60,575 bases of DNA from Asterionella formosa (Eukaryota), in the NCBI GenBank assembly GCA_002256025.1, contig NKIB01013282.1, forward strand, positions 1 to 60,575. Reading direction: 5' to 3'. Both the position numbers and the translations under genes were made by a program. Under the pieces are notes generated by a model. The model worked only from the letters and a program-made list of their open reading frames with translations. It searched no databases and was not told where the DNA came from. Below, in pieces: positions 1 to 12,045 of the stretch. Numbering within the stretch: position 1 is the first letter of the stretch; the number at the start of each line of letters is the position of its first letter.

Positions 1-1026
1 GATACTTGGCGTATTGCTATTCCTACATCATTATTGGATCCTATTATTAATTGGTATCATCAGATGTTAGCTCATGTGGGTATGACAAGATTAAATGCTA
101 CAATTGCTACACATTTTTATCACCCTATATTAAAAACAAGAGTGGAACATATTGTAAGAGTATGTGAAGCATGTCAACGTACAAAATTACCTGGTACTGG
201 TTTTGGTGAACTTCCACCCAGGAATGCATTATTATTACCATGGTCAGAAGTCGCAGTAGATCTAATTGGTCCATGGAAGATAACAGTGGCTGCTCAAACG
301 ATTGAATTTCGTGCTCTAACTTGTATTGACACAGTCACCAATTTAGCAGAAATTTCACGTATCATCAATAAAACATCAGAATATATTGCAATGAAATTTG
401 AAAATGATTGGTTAGCCAGATATCCCCGTCCAGAACGTTGTATACATGACAATGGAGGTGAATTTTCTGGTGCTCCTTTCTTACACATGTTAGTATTGAA
501 TGGAATCAAAGATGTGACTACCACAGTAAAGAATCCACAAGCAAATGCTATCTGTGAACGTTTCCATCAATCTATCAGCAATAGTCTACGAGTTATGTTA
601 AAGGCTCATCCTCCAATCAATGAATTTCAAGCCCAAAATATTGTGGATACATGTTTTGCAGCTGCGTCATATGCAGCTCGAGCTACTATTCATAGTATAT
701 TACGTATTTCACCAGGAGCATGGGTTTTCCAACGTGATATGATATTAAATATTCCTTTGATTACAGATTTACAATTAATACATCAACGTCGACAGGTGAT
801 AATTGACGAACGTTTACGTCGTGCAAATTTCCGTCGTCGATCTTATGATTACAAAGTGGGTGACGAGATTTTAATATTATTGGATAATCCTACTACTTTG
901 GATGATCGTGGACGAGGTCCTTATACTATTATTCAAGTACATGCCAATGGTACAGTTACTTTTCAACGCACTATGCATATTACCGAACGAATTAATATTC
1001 GTCGTATCAAACCTTTTCATAGGTAA
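1..1026 (+). mobile_element. Ty3/Gypsy LTR retrotransposon pol C-terminus (integrase), 5'-partial
   Basis: The frame is open from base 1 (DTWRIAIP...). It has an HHCC zinc finger (WYH...H...CEAC), a DDE core (VAVDLIGPW, HDNGGEF, NPQANAICER) and a GPY/F motif (RGPYTI). Integrase is the last pol domain, which is the Gypsy order. Confidence 0.95.
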
Positions 1027-1052
1027 AAGGTTTTCCCTCAAGTGTGGGAGAG

Positions 1053-1455
1053 TGAGCAATCCTGCACATCGATACAGATATATATAGAGTTGGGGTTATG
1101 TCAAATATATCGGAATTCAATAATGAGAGAACTCGACTAACACCCATTCTATACTTTGATGTCAGTTCAGGAAATGAGTTATACATAAGGATTAATTAAT
1201 AAGCTCATATATTCAACAAATACTACTACTTCTAGTTAGATACTTCACATGCTACTGCATGGTCGTCCATTGTTAAATTTTTTGATACCAGTACCGGTAA
1301 TCCTGCCTGATGGTACTTCTATCGATCAATCGTTTGCTAGCAACAAAACAGTAAACCTGTTTCGTGAACGGGTGTACCGGTACATACTATCGGAGCATCC
1401 TTCAATCTTACTACCGTTAACTTGCTACCGGTAATACAGCATACTGGTATGCTCA
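1053..1455 (+). mobile_element. Putative 3' LTR of the Gypsy element (~403 bp)
   Basis: A purine-rich PPT-like tract AAGTGTGGGAGAG (1040-1052) directly precedes TGAGCA at 1053. The region ends in its inverted complement TGCTCA at 1450-1455 (TG...CA). The 5' LTR is outside the window. Confidence 0.7.
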
Positions 1456-1840
1456 TCCCACTTTTCAAGAACCAAAATAAGCCAACGAGCTGAAGAGGTT
1501 GTTATGGGGTAATAAAGGCAGTGAACTAGTTTGAAACTATTGTTAGCAGCTTGGTCAAATTTAATACTAGTACATAGTACTCAGGATATCACAGGTTCAA
1601 ACTGTTGCGGGCTCTAAGGATGCCGGGTCACTACCATCCCAGCAGCACCGAAGAAAAACGAATGGCTTCAAGGACTTTCACATAATGATCGTAAACATGG
1701 GGAAGAAGCAAACTTGAACTAAGATTGTGAGTCAATGCTTATTGAAAGGTAGTTGTCTCGAAATCCCCGTTCATGAATGAGTCAAGGGAGTTTTAGTATC
1801 GCAGTTTGAACCAAGTTGATTGTTACCCAAAAACAAATCT

Positions 1841-3787
1841 CTATTTGCAAATAGCCAGGCCCATTACCTTGAACGTAGTGCCCCCAACTAATTCGATTAC
1901 AACACGAAAATCAGCTCCCACATTCACATCGATTTCCATTCGATCGGTATATACTTCACTAGTGTGCTTTGCATGAAACCCAAATATAGAGTTCCTTCGG
2001 ACTTCGTTCCACATTGACTCTTTCTTTACCATCGCCGAAACTTCGATTTCGGAATCACTCCACTTTTCACCGTATGACTTCATGTAAAACATGGTAATTG
2101 AATGAATGGGTTGTTTCAGCAAGAGAAACTCTAGGACCATTTTCTTTGACTTGGACGGTGATATGCCAACCTTTCCACCGCCATCGTCAACCACCCAAGC
2201 ACTTCCGTTGATGCTATGCTTTTCAAAAATTTCCTTGGCATATGTTGCATTCTTGCCAGCATTGCTAATGCCCGAAATCCACGAGAAAGGGCACTTGTCG
2301 ATTTTACCTTCGTTTAAGGGACAAAAGTCACTATTAGGTACCGGAGCAGACCGCCAAAGCGCTGCAACTTCATTAAGATCGAGAAAAGTCGTCAGCGCAG
2401 GTAAAAGTCCCTTGGGTATGGGCTTCGGCTTCCCGGGAATAACAGGTGTATTCCTCAACGCAGGCAATCCTTGAATAGCTTGATACGGAATTTTGTCGGT
2501 GGTGACTTCCACAGCAGAATCGATTTCCCACTCCTCAATAGTGCAATATGTCAACCCCAAATTCAACAATGCATACGCTGCCACCCAACTGCTAACAATA
2601 TGCATCCCCATACCAGGATGAATCTCACGCACCATAGTGTTACCTTTATACCAACCACTCGGCGAAAACCACGTCTCCTTGGTATCCCCATATACCAAAT
2701 CCCTCACCACATTGGCATACGACATTGCGACGAAACCATAATAACTAGACAACGTTTGTACGGCTTGAGAAAGTTGCATCGTGGCCAATACTTCTCTTTG
2801 TTCATTTCCCAAATAGTCGTCCATATGGAGCATTAATGGAGCACAGGCTCCATCTTTCATCACGGCCCTTACAAAGTCTTGTGTCATTTCCATAATCTTC
2901 TCCCTGAGCGTCGTGTTTCCTTCCTGTGCTTCTAGAACTGTCAAAATGTGCATATCATTTGTTGAATAGGCATTGATCAAAATATCTGGATGCTTGAATT
3001 CGGGTGGCACAAAGTCACTTTCCCACAGTACAAATCCCGTTGCTGTGTTGGTCCCACCCAAGGCAATTTTGTCGACTTTAAAAATGTCGGCTCCCCAAAT
3101 ATTATTGAGAAAGTACTCCAATCGATGCGTCCAAGTACACAATCTGTGTGGCATGGGAAACCCCAGGTTGTAGTCAGATACAATTTTTCGGCAATTGACT
3201 CCTACTACCAAACTTCCACCCATGACTAAAATCTTGACTTTTTCCTTGACTTTTGCTCCTCCTCCATGTTGAAGATATTGGTATCGTTCATATACCAACT
3301 CCATAACTCGTTTAACTGCTGTATAATCGTTGGGCAATCCAACCACGCTCTTTTGAATTCTACCACGTTGTGAAACAAGATGGAGCAACTCGGCTGTGTA
3401 GTCGTGAAGCTTATATTTGTCGTCATTGGCATGTTTAGATGCATTGAGAATTATATCCAGATTGGCCCTCCAGATAGCCAACGTCGATGGAATCGGTTGA
3501 GGGAGGTGGGAACACACCGCGGACCTCGTTTTGGGTAAATTGGGAGTCCAGAGGTTGGTTGATGCAGTTGCTGTAGTTGCGTTGTTTAGTAGTAACTTCT
3601 GTTCCAGGGCCGCGAGTTGTTGGTTTGCCTGGGCAAGTGCTCGTTCCAATTGATTGATTGTAATGTACGACTCCAGCCGTTGGGGTGCCGTATTATTGAT
3701 CACAGAGAGAGTGCTGATCACGATCCACATAAGCGCGGTGATGATCATGATGCCAGTCATGACTGGAACAAAGCCCAGTCTTGCCAT
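1841..3787 (-). CDS. Type II membrane protein with SGNH/GDSL-hydrolase-like domain (648 aa)
   Basis: Long intact ORF with an N-terminal TM helix and coiled coil. SGNH-like blocks are ILVMGGS, GGTNT, AYSTND and EIHPG...H. Confidence 0.75.
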   Translation of the reverse strand: MARLGFVPVMTGIMIITALMWIVISTLSVINNTAPQRLESYITINQLERALAQANQQLAALEQKLLLNNATTATASTNLWTPNLPKTRSAVCSHLPQPIPSTLAIWRANLDIILNASKHANDDKYKLHDYTAELLHLVSQRGRIQKSVVGLPNDYTAVKRVMELVYERYQYLQHGGGAKVKEKVKILVMGGSLVVGVNCRKIVSDYNLGFPMPHRLCTWTHRLEYFLNNIWGADIFKVDKIALGGTNTATGFVLWESDFVPPEFKHPDILINAYSTNDMHILTVLEAQEGNTTLREKIMEMTQDFVRAVMKDGACAPLMLHMDDYLGNEQREVLATMQLSQAVQTLSSYYGFVAMSYANVVRDLVYGDTKETWFSPSGWYKGNTMVREIHPGMGMHIVSSWVAAYALLNLGLTYCTIEEWEIDSAVEVTTDKIPYQAIQGLPALRNTPVIPGKPKPIPKGLLPALTTFLDLNEVAALWRSAPVPNSDFCPLNEGKIDKCPFSWISGISNAGKNATYAKEIFEKHSINGSAWVVDDGGGKVGISPSKSKKMVLEFLLLKQPIHSITMFYMKSYGEKWSDSEIEVSAMVKKESMWNEVRRNSIFGFHAKHTSEVYTDRMEIDVNVGADFRVVIELVGGTTFKVMGLAICK

Positions 3788-4254
3788 GTTGTTGTACTGT
3801 TCGGTACTCCGGTTTGAATTGCAACGCGGAAATGTTCTTTGTCGGAGGCAGGACAGGAACTATAGGACCTTCTCTCTATAACAATCAACGAGCTGCTATG
3901 ATTGCGCGCTCGTGTGATGGGTGGTAGAGTCAAGGGTTACCATGGATACAGAACGAGCGGGCACTCGGGTGTTGCTTTGCCCTCACTAACAATGTTCTAT
4001 TTCATCACAATAAGTTGAATTTCTAGATTTGGCAGCACTTTTTGTTGAAATTGCGTCCCGAAGCCTTCTATTGCTTTCTTGTATCCTGCAAGGACACGTC
4101 AGGGACCAAATATGCTGTAGATATGAACAACGATGGTGCAGAGATCGATTGTAATCGTTCCTAAAAGTTTTAATTGAATTATAGGTTTTCCTGGTGGTGA
4201 AGATTGTTTTCGAATTCTGTTCTTGGTACCGGTACCGGTATTCTTTTTGACTCA

Positions 4255-4905
4255 TTTGATTCGAAATGTCTTCCTCGGTTGCTTAGTACAAAGGAACATT
4301 TCTTTCATAACAAGCAATACCGGTAGTATGAAATACATTTGCTTATCATAATCTAGTTTCTTCGATTTTGTATTGACAGTGAACAGCTTGTCTGTCCATG
4401 GAAAATTTCCAACACCTTCAAATTTATCTCGGAAATCATCAATCATTGATTTCACATATTTAGTCATATCCATTCTCAACACTCCTGGAAAAGAGTAACC
4501 TAATGTCATCACCAAGAAGTAGTCATGCTAATTTCCACACAAGATCTTGACTTCACCATTTTTGTCAGAAGTGTAAATCTTTTTGATCCATTCCCAAAAT
4601 TGATCATTCACTTTGCTATCCACATCAATAGATTTTAAATCATCAATGTGCCAAGTAATTGTGTGCTCTTTGCCATTTACAGTGCGATTTGCAATGCATG
4701 GATCACGAGGTTTGACTTCAATCCAATTGACTAAATATCCTTCCAAAATTTCTTGTAATTTAACAGTGATGACTGTAACATGCCATATAGTGCCTTGATC
4801 ATCCAAACATATAGGACCTTGCTGTTTCCTTCATAAACAACATAGTTTTCAAAAGTCTCAGGGCTGAGTTCTGTCTACATATTGACAAGTAAACCTCTAC
4901 ATACT
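4255..4905 (-). pseudogene. Degenerate Ty1/Copia reverse transcriptase fragment
   Basis: Frameshifted translation gives KVLYVWMIKALYGMLQSSLL, DPCIANRTVNGKEHTITWHIDDLK, MTKYVKSMIDDF and FHT..VMKEMFLC. Confidence 0.88.
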
Positions 4906-5644
4906 ACCATATGGAATTCAAGATGTTTTTGAAAAGCAGTCAATGATTGGCAGAGCACATGATGTGGTGCTTCTGCATTTTCGAACACTTCAAGTGGTGA
5001 ACATTGGGTGATAAACTGAATATTATGAATGTATTGGCAGAGGAAGATTTTGATGATGAGGACCTTATGTTATCACAAAGATGACTACAGAAGCGATGAA
5101 AATGAAACCATCAGCAGCAGTCAATTATCATAGGGTACTATTATGAGTACTTGCCCTAGCTGTATTGCTATAAGCAAACACAAAACAACTATAGTAGACC
5201 ATATTTTGTGGTTGAGAATTTTTGACTTTCAATTTTCAGTAGAAGAGAGTTTGATGCTTCAATCATTAAAAAATATTCCAGTTTTGAGTGTACAAGTGAC
5301 TTACAATGGAACATGAACCTTGTAATCCATTTTTAGATGTTAAGATAGTAGGTTATAGGTATACTGGTACCAGTGACCTCAATACAGAGATTATTAATGA
5401 AATTCTGAAGGTTGTTCTTGATTTACTTTGTCAATATTAATCTTCCTTCAAAGAGCTTGCAGCAGGACGGCGATCCGAGAAAGGAGGAGAAAACATTATG
5501 TAGTGCTGGTGCTCTAAAAGGTCTCATATCACTAATATTCAATATTTTTTATAAACATTTACATTATGCAAAGAAAGGTCAACCAGAACTGAGGATGCCA
5601 GTTCAAAGTCCACACTAAAGAAAGAATCATGCCCCGCGCTCACA

Positions 5645-6208
5645 TCACGATAATATCACAAGTGTTGCCGTGGGTACTACAAGAATGTCATGTTCAGCCG
5701 CTAGTATTCGAGCATCCTTCTTTCGTTCAGCTCGTTTGGAAAAGGCTCTTGTGGCACCAACGGCTCCAGCAGTAAGCACGATACCCCCAAGAGGACCTGC
5801 AATTGCACTTCCCAACACAAATCCTCCCATACCACCAATAACCATTCGACGACGGCGTCGGCGGCGACGTCGAGTCTTTTTTTTACTCAAGTCTTCTCCA
5901 AAAATGTCAATAGTTTTGGTAGCTGGTGAGCTGGATAATTCAATCCCAGCTGTTGTGGATGAGGGCAGTGTTTCGTCTTTAAGAAAGCAGTCATCCGTAG
6001 ATTGGACAATACTGGGCGAATTAGTTGTTGGGCATTGCAAAGAAGTGTCACTGATTGTGTATGCGGTGGGTAAGCACGAAGCACTCAGTGGAAGATCCTC
6101 CTTGATGATCTGTGCAACGGGAATGTCCCCGAGTATCATGAGTGCTGGCTTGTTGTCAATGACAACAGCAACGGCATACTGTTGGTGGTTGATGCCGGTG
6201 CTTGTCAT
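5645..6208 (-). CDS. Small protein with poly-Arg tract and glycine-zipper hairpin (paralog A, 187 aa)
   Basis: Intact ORF containing KKTRRRRRRRRRMVIGGMGGFVLGSAIAGPLGG...SKRAERKKD; clearly homologous to 7344-7859. Confidence 0.8.
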   Translation of the reverse strand: MTSTGINHQQYAVAVVIDNKPALMILGDIPVAQIIKEDLPLSASCLPTAYTISDTSLQCPTTNSPSIVQSTDDCFLKDETLPSSTTAGIELSSSPATKTIDIFGEDLSKKKTRRRRRRRRRMVIGGMGGFVLGSAIAGPLGGIVLTAGAVGATRAFSKRAERKKDARILAAEHDILVVPTATLVILS

Positions 6209-7343
6209 TTAGTTCGCCGTTAGGAATTGTTGGCATTGAGTAGTCCTTCTCTGAGTGAAGTACCGCTAATGAGGATGATGGAACCACGATCAAAAAAATA
6301 TTTTTTTGCGAGGTTTCGCAGAGGATGGAACAACAAGGAACACAACAAAATGTATGGTCAGGACATAGTAGTTAGCTAGGGGCTCCATATACCAGGTACA
6401 TAGTTGTCACTCCAACTTTACCAAGTATTGTACTCCTACTATGCAGTTGTTCTACGCACAGGTACCTGTACGGTATCTGGTACAAGGTACCCTGAACTCT
6501 GCATCGCTTACCGGTATCATATGTAGCTTCTTGCCATTAACGACTCGTACTTGAGTTTGAGCTATAGTGATGTCGCTCGGAGTGTCACCTATGTAGCATG
6601 GCACTACATACATATGATCATGCGCGTATCAGATGGTGGTACATTTATTGATGGAGCAATGCACCTGCAAGTTGCGGTAATTTTGATGAATCCTAGATTA
6701 TATTCTATATTTGAGCAAAATGACCGCAACTCGCTGATGGTTGCAGGATTGTGCCGGTAGGTGCATACCTGTTTGATGGAGTGAGGCACGTGGTACAAAC
6801 CGCACGATTCAAGGTAGACAGTAGGTACTGGTACCAGGTAGTTCAATCCCTATGGAGTGCAGTACATAGTATTCATCATGTGTACAGTATATACTGGTGC
6901 CAGGTGCCAGGTACCTGGTACCTGGTACTGTTAATTAATGAGAGCAATACAGGAGTCGTGACCCTGGCATGATCCAGCGATACTGCTTACAGGTAGACTA
7001 CCTGGTGACCAGGTTACCAGATTTCAGATCCGCCGACTTTGGACGGCTTATTTCTTTCTGCCTCCATGACTTAAAAACAAGGCAGATCTGAAAAGAAGAA
7101 TATTTACCGGTATTCAATTAAATTGCAAGGCACAAGAAAGCGAAGCATACACCGGTACTATGTTGGAATGATCGTATCATGTAGCACTGCGTTTGTACGA
7201 TACATACGTAGTATTAACAAATCGCATACTGATAACTCTACGTAAGATCAATGTTGTGCCTATGAAACTACCGGTAGAAAATAAGAAAGGACTTGCTATT
7301 TATCATCATACGAAGCACACATACCATAACCGCCGGACTCGAC

Positions 7344-7859
7344 ATGAGCTCTACTTATCAGCCAACCCACTATACCAATGCTGTTATAATCGATAGCGAT
7401 GACACACCCGCTGAACAAACAGGAACATACCACCCTCCATACGTTCCTGTGGCACAGCTCATCGACGTTCCATATTACCCAACGGGACCAAGTGCTGCTC
7501 CCGTGGCTTCCGCCTATATGATTCAGAATCCCGTCATTACGAAAGAACCATATTTCCTGCCACCACCGCCTCCAGCATATCAAACTATTGAGACAACGAA
7601 TACCACTTATCCTGTAGGGGAATCTCCATTGCATAAAAAGGCCAGACGACGCCGTCGACGACGTCTTCGTATGGTGGCTGGTGGTGTTGGTGGATTTGCA
7701 GTGGGTGCCATTGCGTTGGGACCTGTTGGAGCTATTCTGGGATGTGCTGGAGCGGTCAGTGCGTCTAGAGCCATTTCCAAGCGAGGAGAACGTAAAAAAG
7801 ACGATCGAATGGCTCATCAAAAACAAACTCCTCCGGTGATCGCAGGAGTCTTGAGTTAG
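7344..7859 (+). CDS. Small protein with poly-Arg tract and glycine-zipper hairpin (paralog B, 171 aa)
   Basis: ATG at 7344 (MSSTYQP). Contains KKARRRRRRRLRMVAGGVGGFAVGAIALGPVG...SKRGERKKD. Confidence 0.8.
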   Translation: MSSTYQPTHYTNAVIIDSDDTPAEQTGTYHPPYVPVAQLIDVPYYPTGPSAAPVASAYMIQNPVITKEPYFLPPPPPAYQTIETTNTTYPVGESPLHKKARRRRRRRLRMVAGGVGGFAVGAIALGPVGAILGCAGAVSASRAISKRGERKKDDRMAHQKQTPPVIAGVLS

Positions 7860-8409
7860 GTCTTGTTAAACAAAGGAATCATTATTCAGGGTTGATTGAT
7901 TTCTCTTGTTGACTACAGTATACACAATCAAAAATATTAGAGTTGTGAAACATCAGATTACCACTTATCTAGTTAAACTAACGTTGGAAATGGTTTGGTG
8001 CTGTAAATGATACTGTTACCGCCATATGGGTGAAAGGAAATAAATTGGATACTACCCGCATCAAACTTTAAGTACTTTCAATTACCGGCAGACTTAAAGA
8101 ATGAAACGGAGCAACATATGAAGTCATGTAGTCAATAGGTTTACCCGGTACCAGAGCGACCCATAAAAGTGTATGTATTTGATGCAGCTTTCACATTCCG
8201 AAATGAATGGGTCCTTCTTGAACATTCTCTGTTCGAGACTATGTAAGAAAGTAGATGAATGACAGACACAACCACCATACTGGCTACTATGGTTGTATAT
8301 ACTAGTGAAACATTCGTCATGTAGGGCAGGTACACACGAGTGGAAATGTATTGCTGTTAATGCGTTCCGAGATCAACGCCAGCTTGATGAACTAGGGAGA
8401 CTGCTTCTC

Positions 8410-9903
8410 TCAGTTGGTAGTGCTTCGAGGGGGAGTGATGAGTCTAGAAGGGGCTGATGCGACTGAAGCTGATGATGATAACTGGGGTAGATTGAGTAGG
8501 GGAGCTGGTCGTGACGGACGAGAAACTGACAATCCCGAATGACTACTCATCTTTGGAACAGGTGTCCTTATCCCAGGGCTGTCAATAGCTCGAATATGGG
8601 TGGATGTCAATGCCATATGACCACTAAGACCTGTTCGGAAGTCAACGGCCACAGCAGAGAGTGCTCGATAATTTGATTGGTGAGCTGCTGCCATCGAGTT
8701 GGAGCTTCCAAATGTGAGACTTTCAAATGATAAGGAATCCATAACATTTCCGGGTTGATCGATGCTGCCCACACCAGGCACACTGTTTTGTTTGGGCTTC
8801 GTATTTGGTTTGGGAGAGTTTCCATCTGGTACGTTGCTACGAGCAGACGATTCGTTATCTCGTCCTTCCAAGCTAAGGTTGACGTTTGCAGTGTCTAGAT
8901 CCATGCTAGAAAGTTCTGCGCTGACTACAGTAGTATCGTCGTCCTGCATCAATGAAGTGTGTAGGTCACGCATAAGAGTAATAACTTGATTGTCCAATTG
9001 ACTCTTTTCAGACTTTAGCGTTCGCCGACGAACAGCGAGAGATCTCAATGCTGCTTCCAATCTACAAGCGCGATCGACGGGAGGTCCGACTATTATTCAG
9101 GAGCGGGGTATTCAAAGAATGAGAATGTGCAGTTCCTTACAATGTATAATGACCGACATAATTCGTACATCCCACCCAAACGTACCTTTTACAAGTTGCC
9201 CAGCTTCTGCTTTGATAAAGCCGTAGCCTCTAGCAAGTTTCGCCCATCCATCCTCCAGCGAAACAATCTGCACTCGATCGCCGCGCTTCAAGTGCGTATC
9301 AGTTTTCAAGTTCTGTGAGTCCATGTGGAAGTATCTAACTAGCGTATCAACGTCTTCTTCTTCCGGCACATCAGAGAGGGGTCGTTGGTAGGCTGACTTG
9401 GAGGGTTGACTAGGAAAGACAGATGCTGTGGCTTTCGTAATGACGTAGGTCCCGCACATACCAATGGCGAGAGACGTTCCCACTCTGATGCACTCCTCTT
9501 CCGTGTCGCCCAGTGATTGGCAGTGCCGAATCGGACTAGATTCCGGCGAGTCCTGACTCATGAGCGCCGTCGCTTCCATCAAGGACATCAAGACGACGTT
9601 CTTCGGAAGGGGAAGGCGTCGACTGACAGGCGGCGATTTGTGCTCTGGTGTAACCGATGCCGACGATGTCCAGCCAGGTCTTACTTGTGACGGCCCTCTG
9701 CGGGTCGGTGTGGGTGGCACAGGCCTCGTTGCGTTGGGCAGCATGATGGACAGCGCCGTTCGACACTCCATGCACTTGTCCAGCCTGTTGGCGCATTCGT
9801 TGCACACGTAGGTGTGGCCGCACGGTAGAACCACTGGATAACGCTGCTCAGCATCAAACTCCTCGATGCAAACGATGCAATGAAAAGAGAACGGTGAAGT
9901 CAT
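8410..9903 (-). CDS. RING-finger protein with SH3-like module and coiled coil (2 exons, intron 9090-9185)
   Basis: RING motif CIVC...LPCGHTYVCNEC...CMEC and SH3-like LKRGDRVQIVSLEDGWAKLARGYGFI. A GTACG...TAG intron joins the two ORFs in frame (VK-VGPPVDRACRLEAALR). Confidence 0.88.
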
Positions 9904-11578
9904 GCTTGATCAATATTTCGTGAAACTGATCGAACGCGGAATCTTGTCGCGACGGAATAAGCGAGGGCTCGGAATGAGGCCACTTGTATATTGCACAATT
10001 CAATCAATAACAGCTCGATGAGGAGCGGCGAATGCCTGATGACTTGGGTTATATTTGTTACAGTTGTCAACTTGTTCCTTCTTTGTAGTTGCAGCAAACT
10101 GTCAAAAAAAAACCCGAGGGAAGCACAAGGTGTTGGAGAACTCTTCCGCGCTCTATCTAGCTGCTGCATCAAACTCCTAACGCTTGCTTCCCTCAAAATA
10201 CTTTTTCCCACCAACCATCCGCGTTTGAAAAACAGCTGTAGCTTCGGCTCATCATTTCTATGTATACCGCAAGCAGTACCTTGATGCACATTTAAAAGTG
10301 CCGACAGTGCAAAAAACCTCAATTTAGATACGGCCCCAAAAGGAAAACGATTGGCAAGAGTAACGGTCGGTGCGCGCTCAGAAATGGCATGGCAGCCAGG
10401 AGTACTCCTAAGAGGTGAGAGAGTACGTTGCCTCCCACTTGTACGCTGGTAATGTATGGGACATATCACAAGTTGTGCCTTGGAGGCATTCAGAGAGACC
10501 TTTATGAGTCATCACAAGGCAGTCATCTCCCATCGATCGTGTTTTTCTCCGTTGAAACCTTCTCTCGAACACTCCTTCGAGCCTTTTGATAAAATTCAAG
10601 TACGGGAAAATTTCTACTTACAATACATTTTATTTGTGTGATGGCTGGTATGATTCTCTTACCCTGATCACGGCACTGTATTTTCTACCTGGTGAGAGTA
10701 CCAGGTACCACCATCGTACTTCCACAACAGCAGCATAGGAAATGAGAACACTCTGAATTGTCGTTGAATCTCGGTACCAGGTGGTAGTATGTGTCCCATC
10801 GCTTACCGGTCATCGATCGTCCCAAACCTCCAGAATAAGATATGATTACCGGTATTTTTCATGATACGATTACCTGTACCGGTATTTTCCATGATTTGAT
10901 TTCCGGAATTTTCTATGCATACCAACCTCCGAGACCAGGCATCACTTCAGCGCCCGTTGGAAGTTAGTACCGTATTACATACAGGTCAAGAATTCTAAGA
11001 ACATAGGCTAGGTCTATACCAGTTACTCCGTACCTGGTCTCACGAGGTACCTCGTGGTACCCTGAGCTCAGCTCCCTATCCGTCGATTACCGCAGCAACA
11101 GGTATACTTTGTGGAATTTAGTACACAGAGTGTGAGGTGAACCCGTAGATTACGAGATAAAAGTTGGAGAGCAACAATGGTCAAATGGTGCATCAACCAA
11201 AACCGCTTCACCCTGCTACTACTGGATAGGAAAAGGTGTCTGGGCCCTTGTTTCGTGACCATCATAATTTTGCTATACTAATCAATGTTGAGTTGGAATA
11301 CATCACACAAAGCACCACTTCATCACATTAGGAACCACATCAAAAAATGTTAACTGCAATGGATCCAAGTAGTGATTGTTTTTCTAATGCCTACAGTCCA
11401 ATAAAATATAATTCACCATTTTCAATAGGATCAAATTTTGCGTGACGATACTTTCCATAGTTGAGGTCGTTAAAGTGGATGAAGGCGACTACTTAGTCCA
11501 TAGATTGTCAGACCAATGGTTACGCATCGTCATGGTGTACGTATTAGTTCGTTCCAATTGTCAAAACAACAAATTTAT

Positions 11579-12045
11579 TTATTTTTTCTGGGGAATTATT
11601 ATAGACTTGATCTTTGGAATTGGGATTCCGTCCGAGGGTTGTGGGTTTTGCAATCCCAGTTCACCAAAAATATCAAGAATCTCTGTGGTAGACAGTTGAT
11701 CGGATGCTCCAATGTTGGTCAATAGAGTTTGTAATTCAGCAACGGAAATGACACCATCTTTGTTTTTATCGGCTGCTTCTAAAACTTCCTTGACGAATCG
11801 AGTAGGAATGTCTTGGCTGTAGCTATTGATGTGATGTGTAAGAGAGATACAGAGAGAGCGTGTCAGATTGTAGTAATGGTAATGATAGCGGCGAATGTGT
11901 ATTGTTTCACTTACTTGGTCTGCCGATATTCCTCCATTATTGCTCTCAATTTATCAACGGCGGGTGATCCGCTCTCACTAAAATGAGTGCGACACGCAAT
12001 CATGGAACGAATCACTCGAACAGTGGTGCTGTGGCGCATCATCAT
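11579..12045 (-). CDS. Small EF-hand protein, 124 aa, possible mitochondrial presequence (2 exons, intron 11823-11914); absent from the ORF track
   Basis: Manual splice GTAAGT...TAG gives MMMRHSTTVRVIRSMIACRTHFSESGSPAVDKLRAIMEEYRQTN-YSQDIPTRFVKEVLEAADKNKDGVISVAELQTLL...QKK*. DKNKDGVISVAE is a canonical EF loop. Confidence 0.85.

Noticed and set aside
5670..6212. 180-aa plus-strand ORF with poly-Arg
   Set aside because: Antisense shadow of the paralog-supported minus-strand gene; the CGN-rich tract reads Arg on both strands.
9900..10469. 189-aa minus-strand ORF upstream of the RING gene
   Set aside because: No recognisable motifs; it overlaps the likely 5' UTR/promoter of the RING gene.
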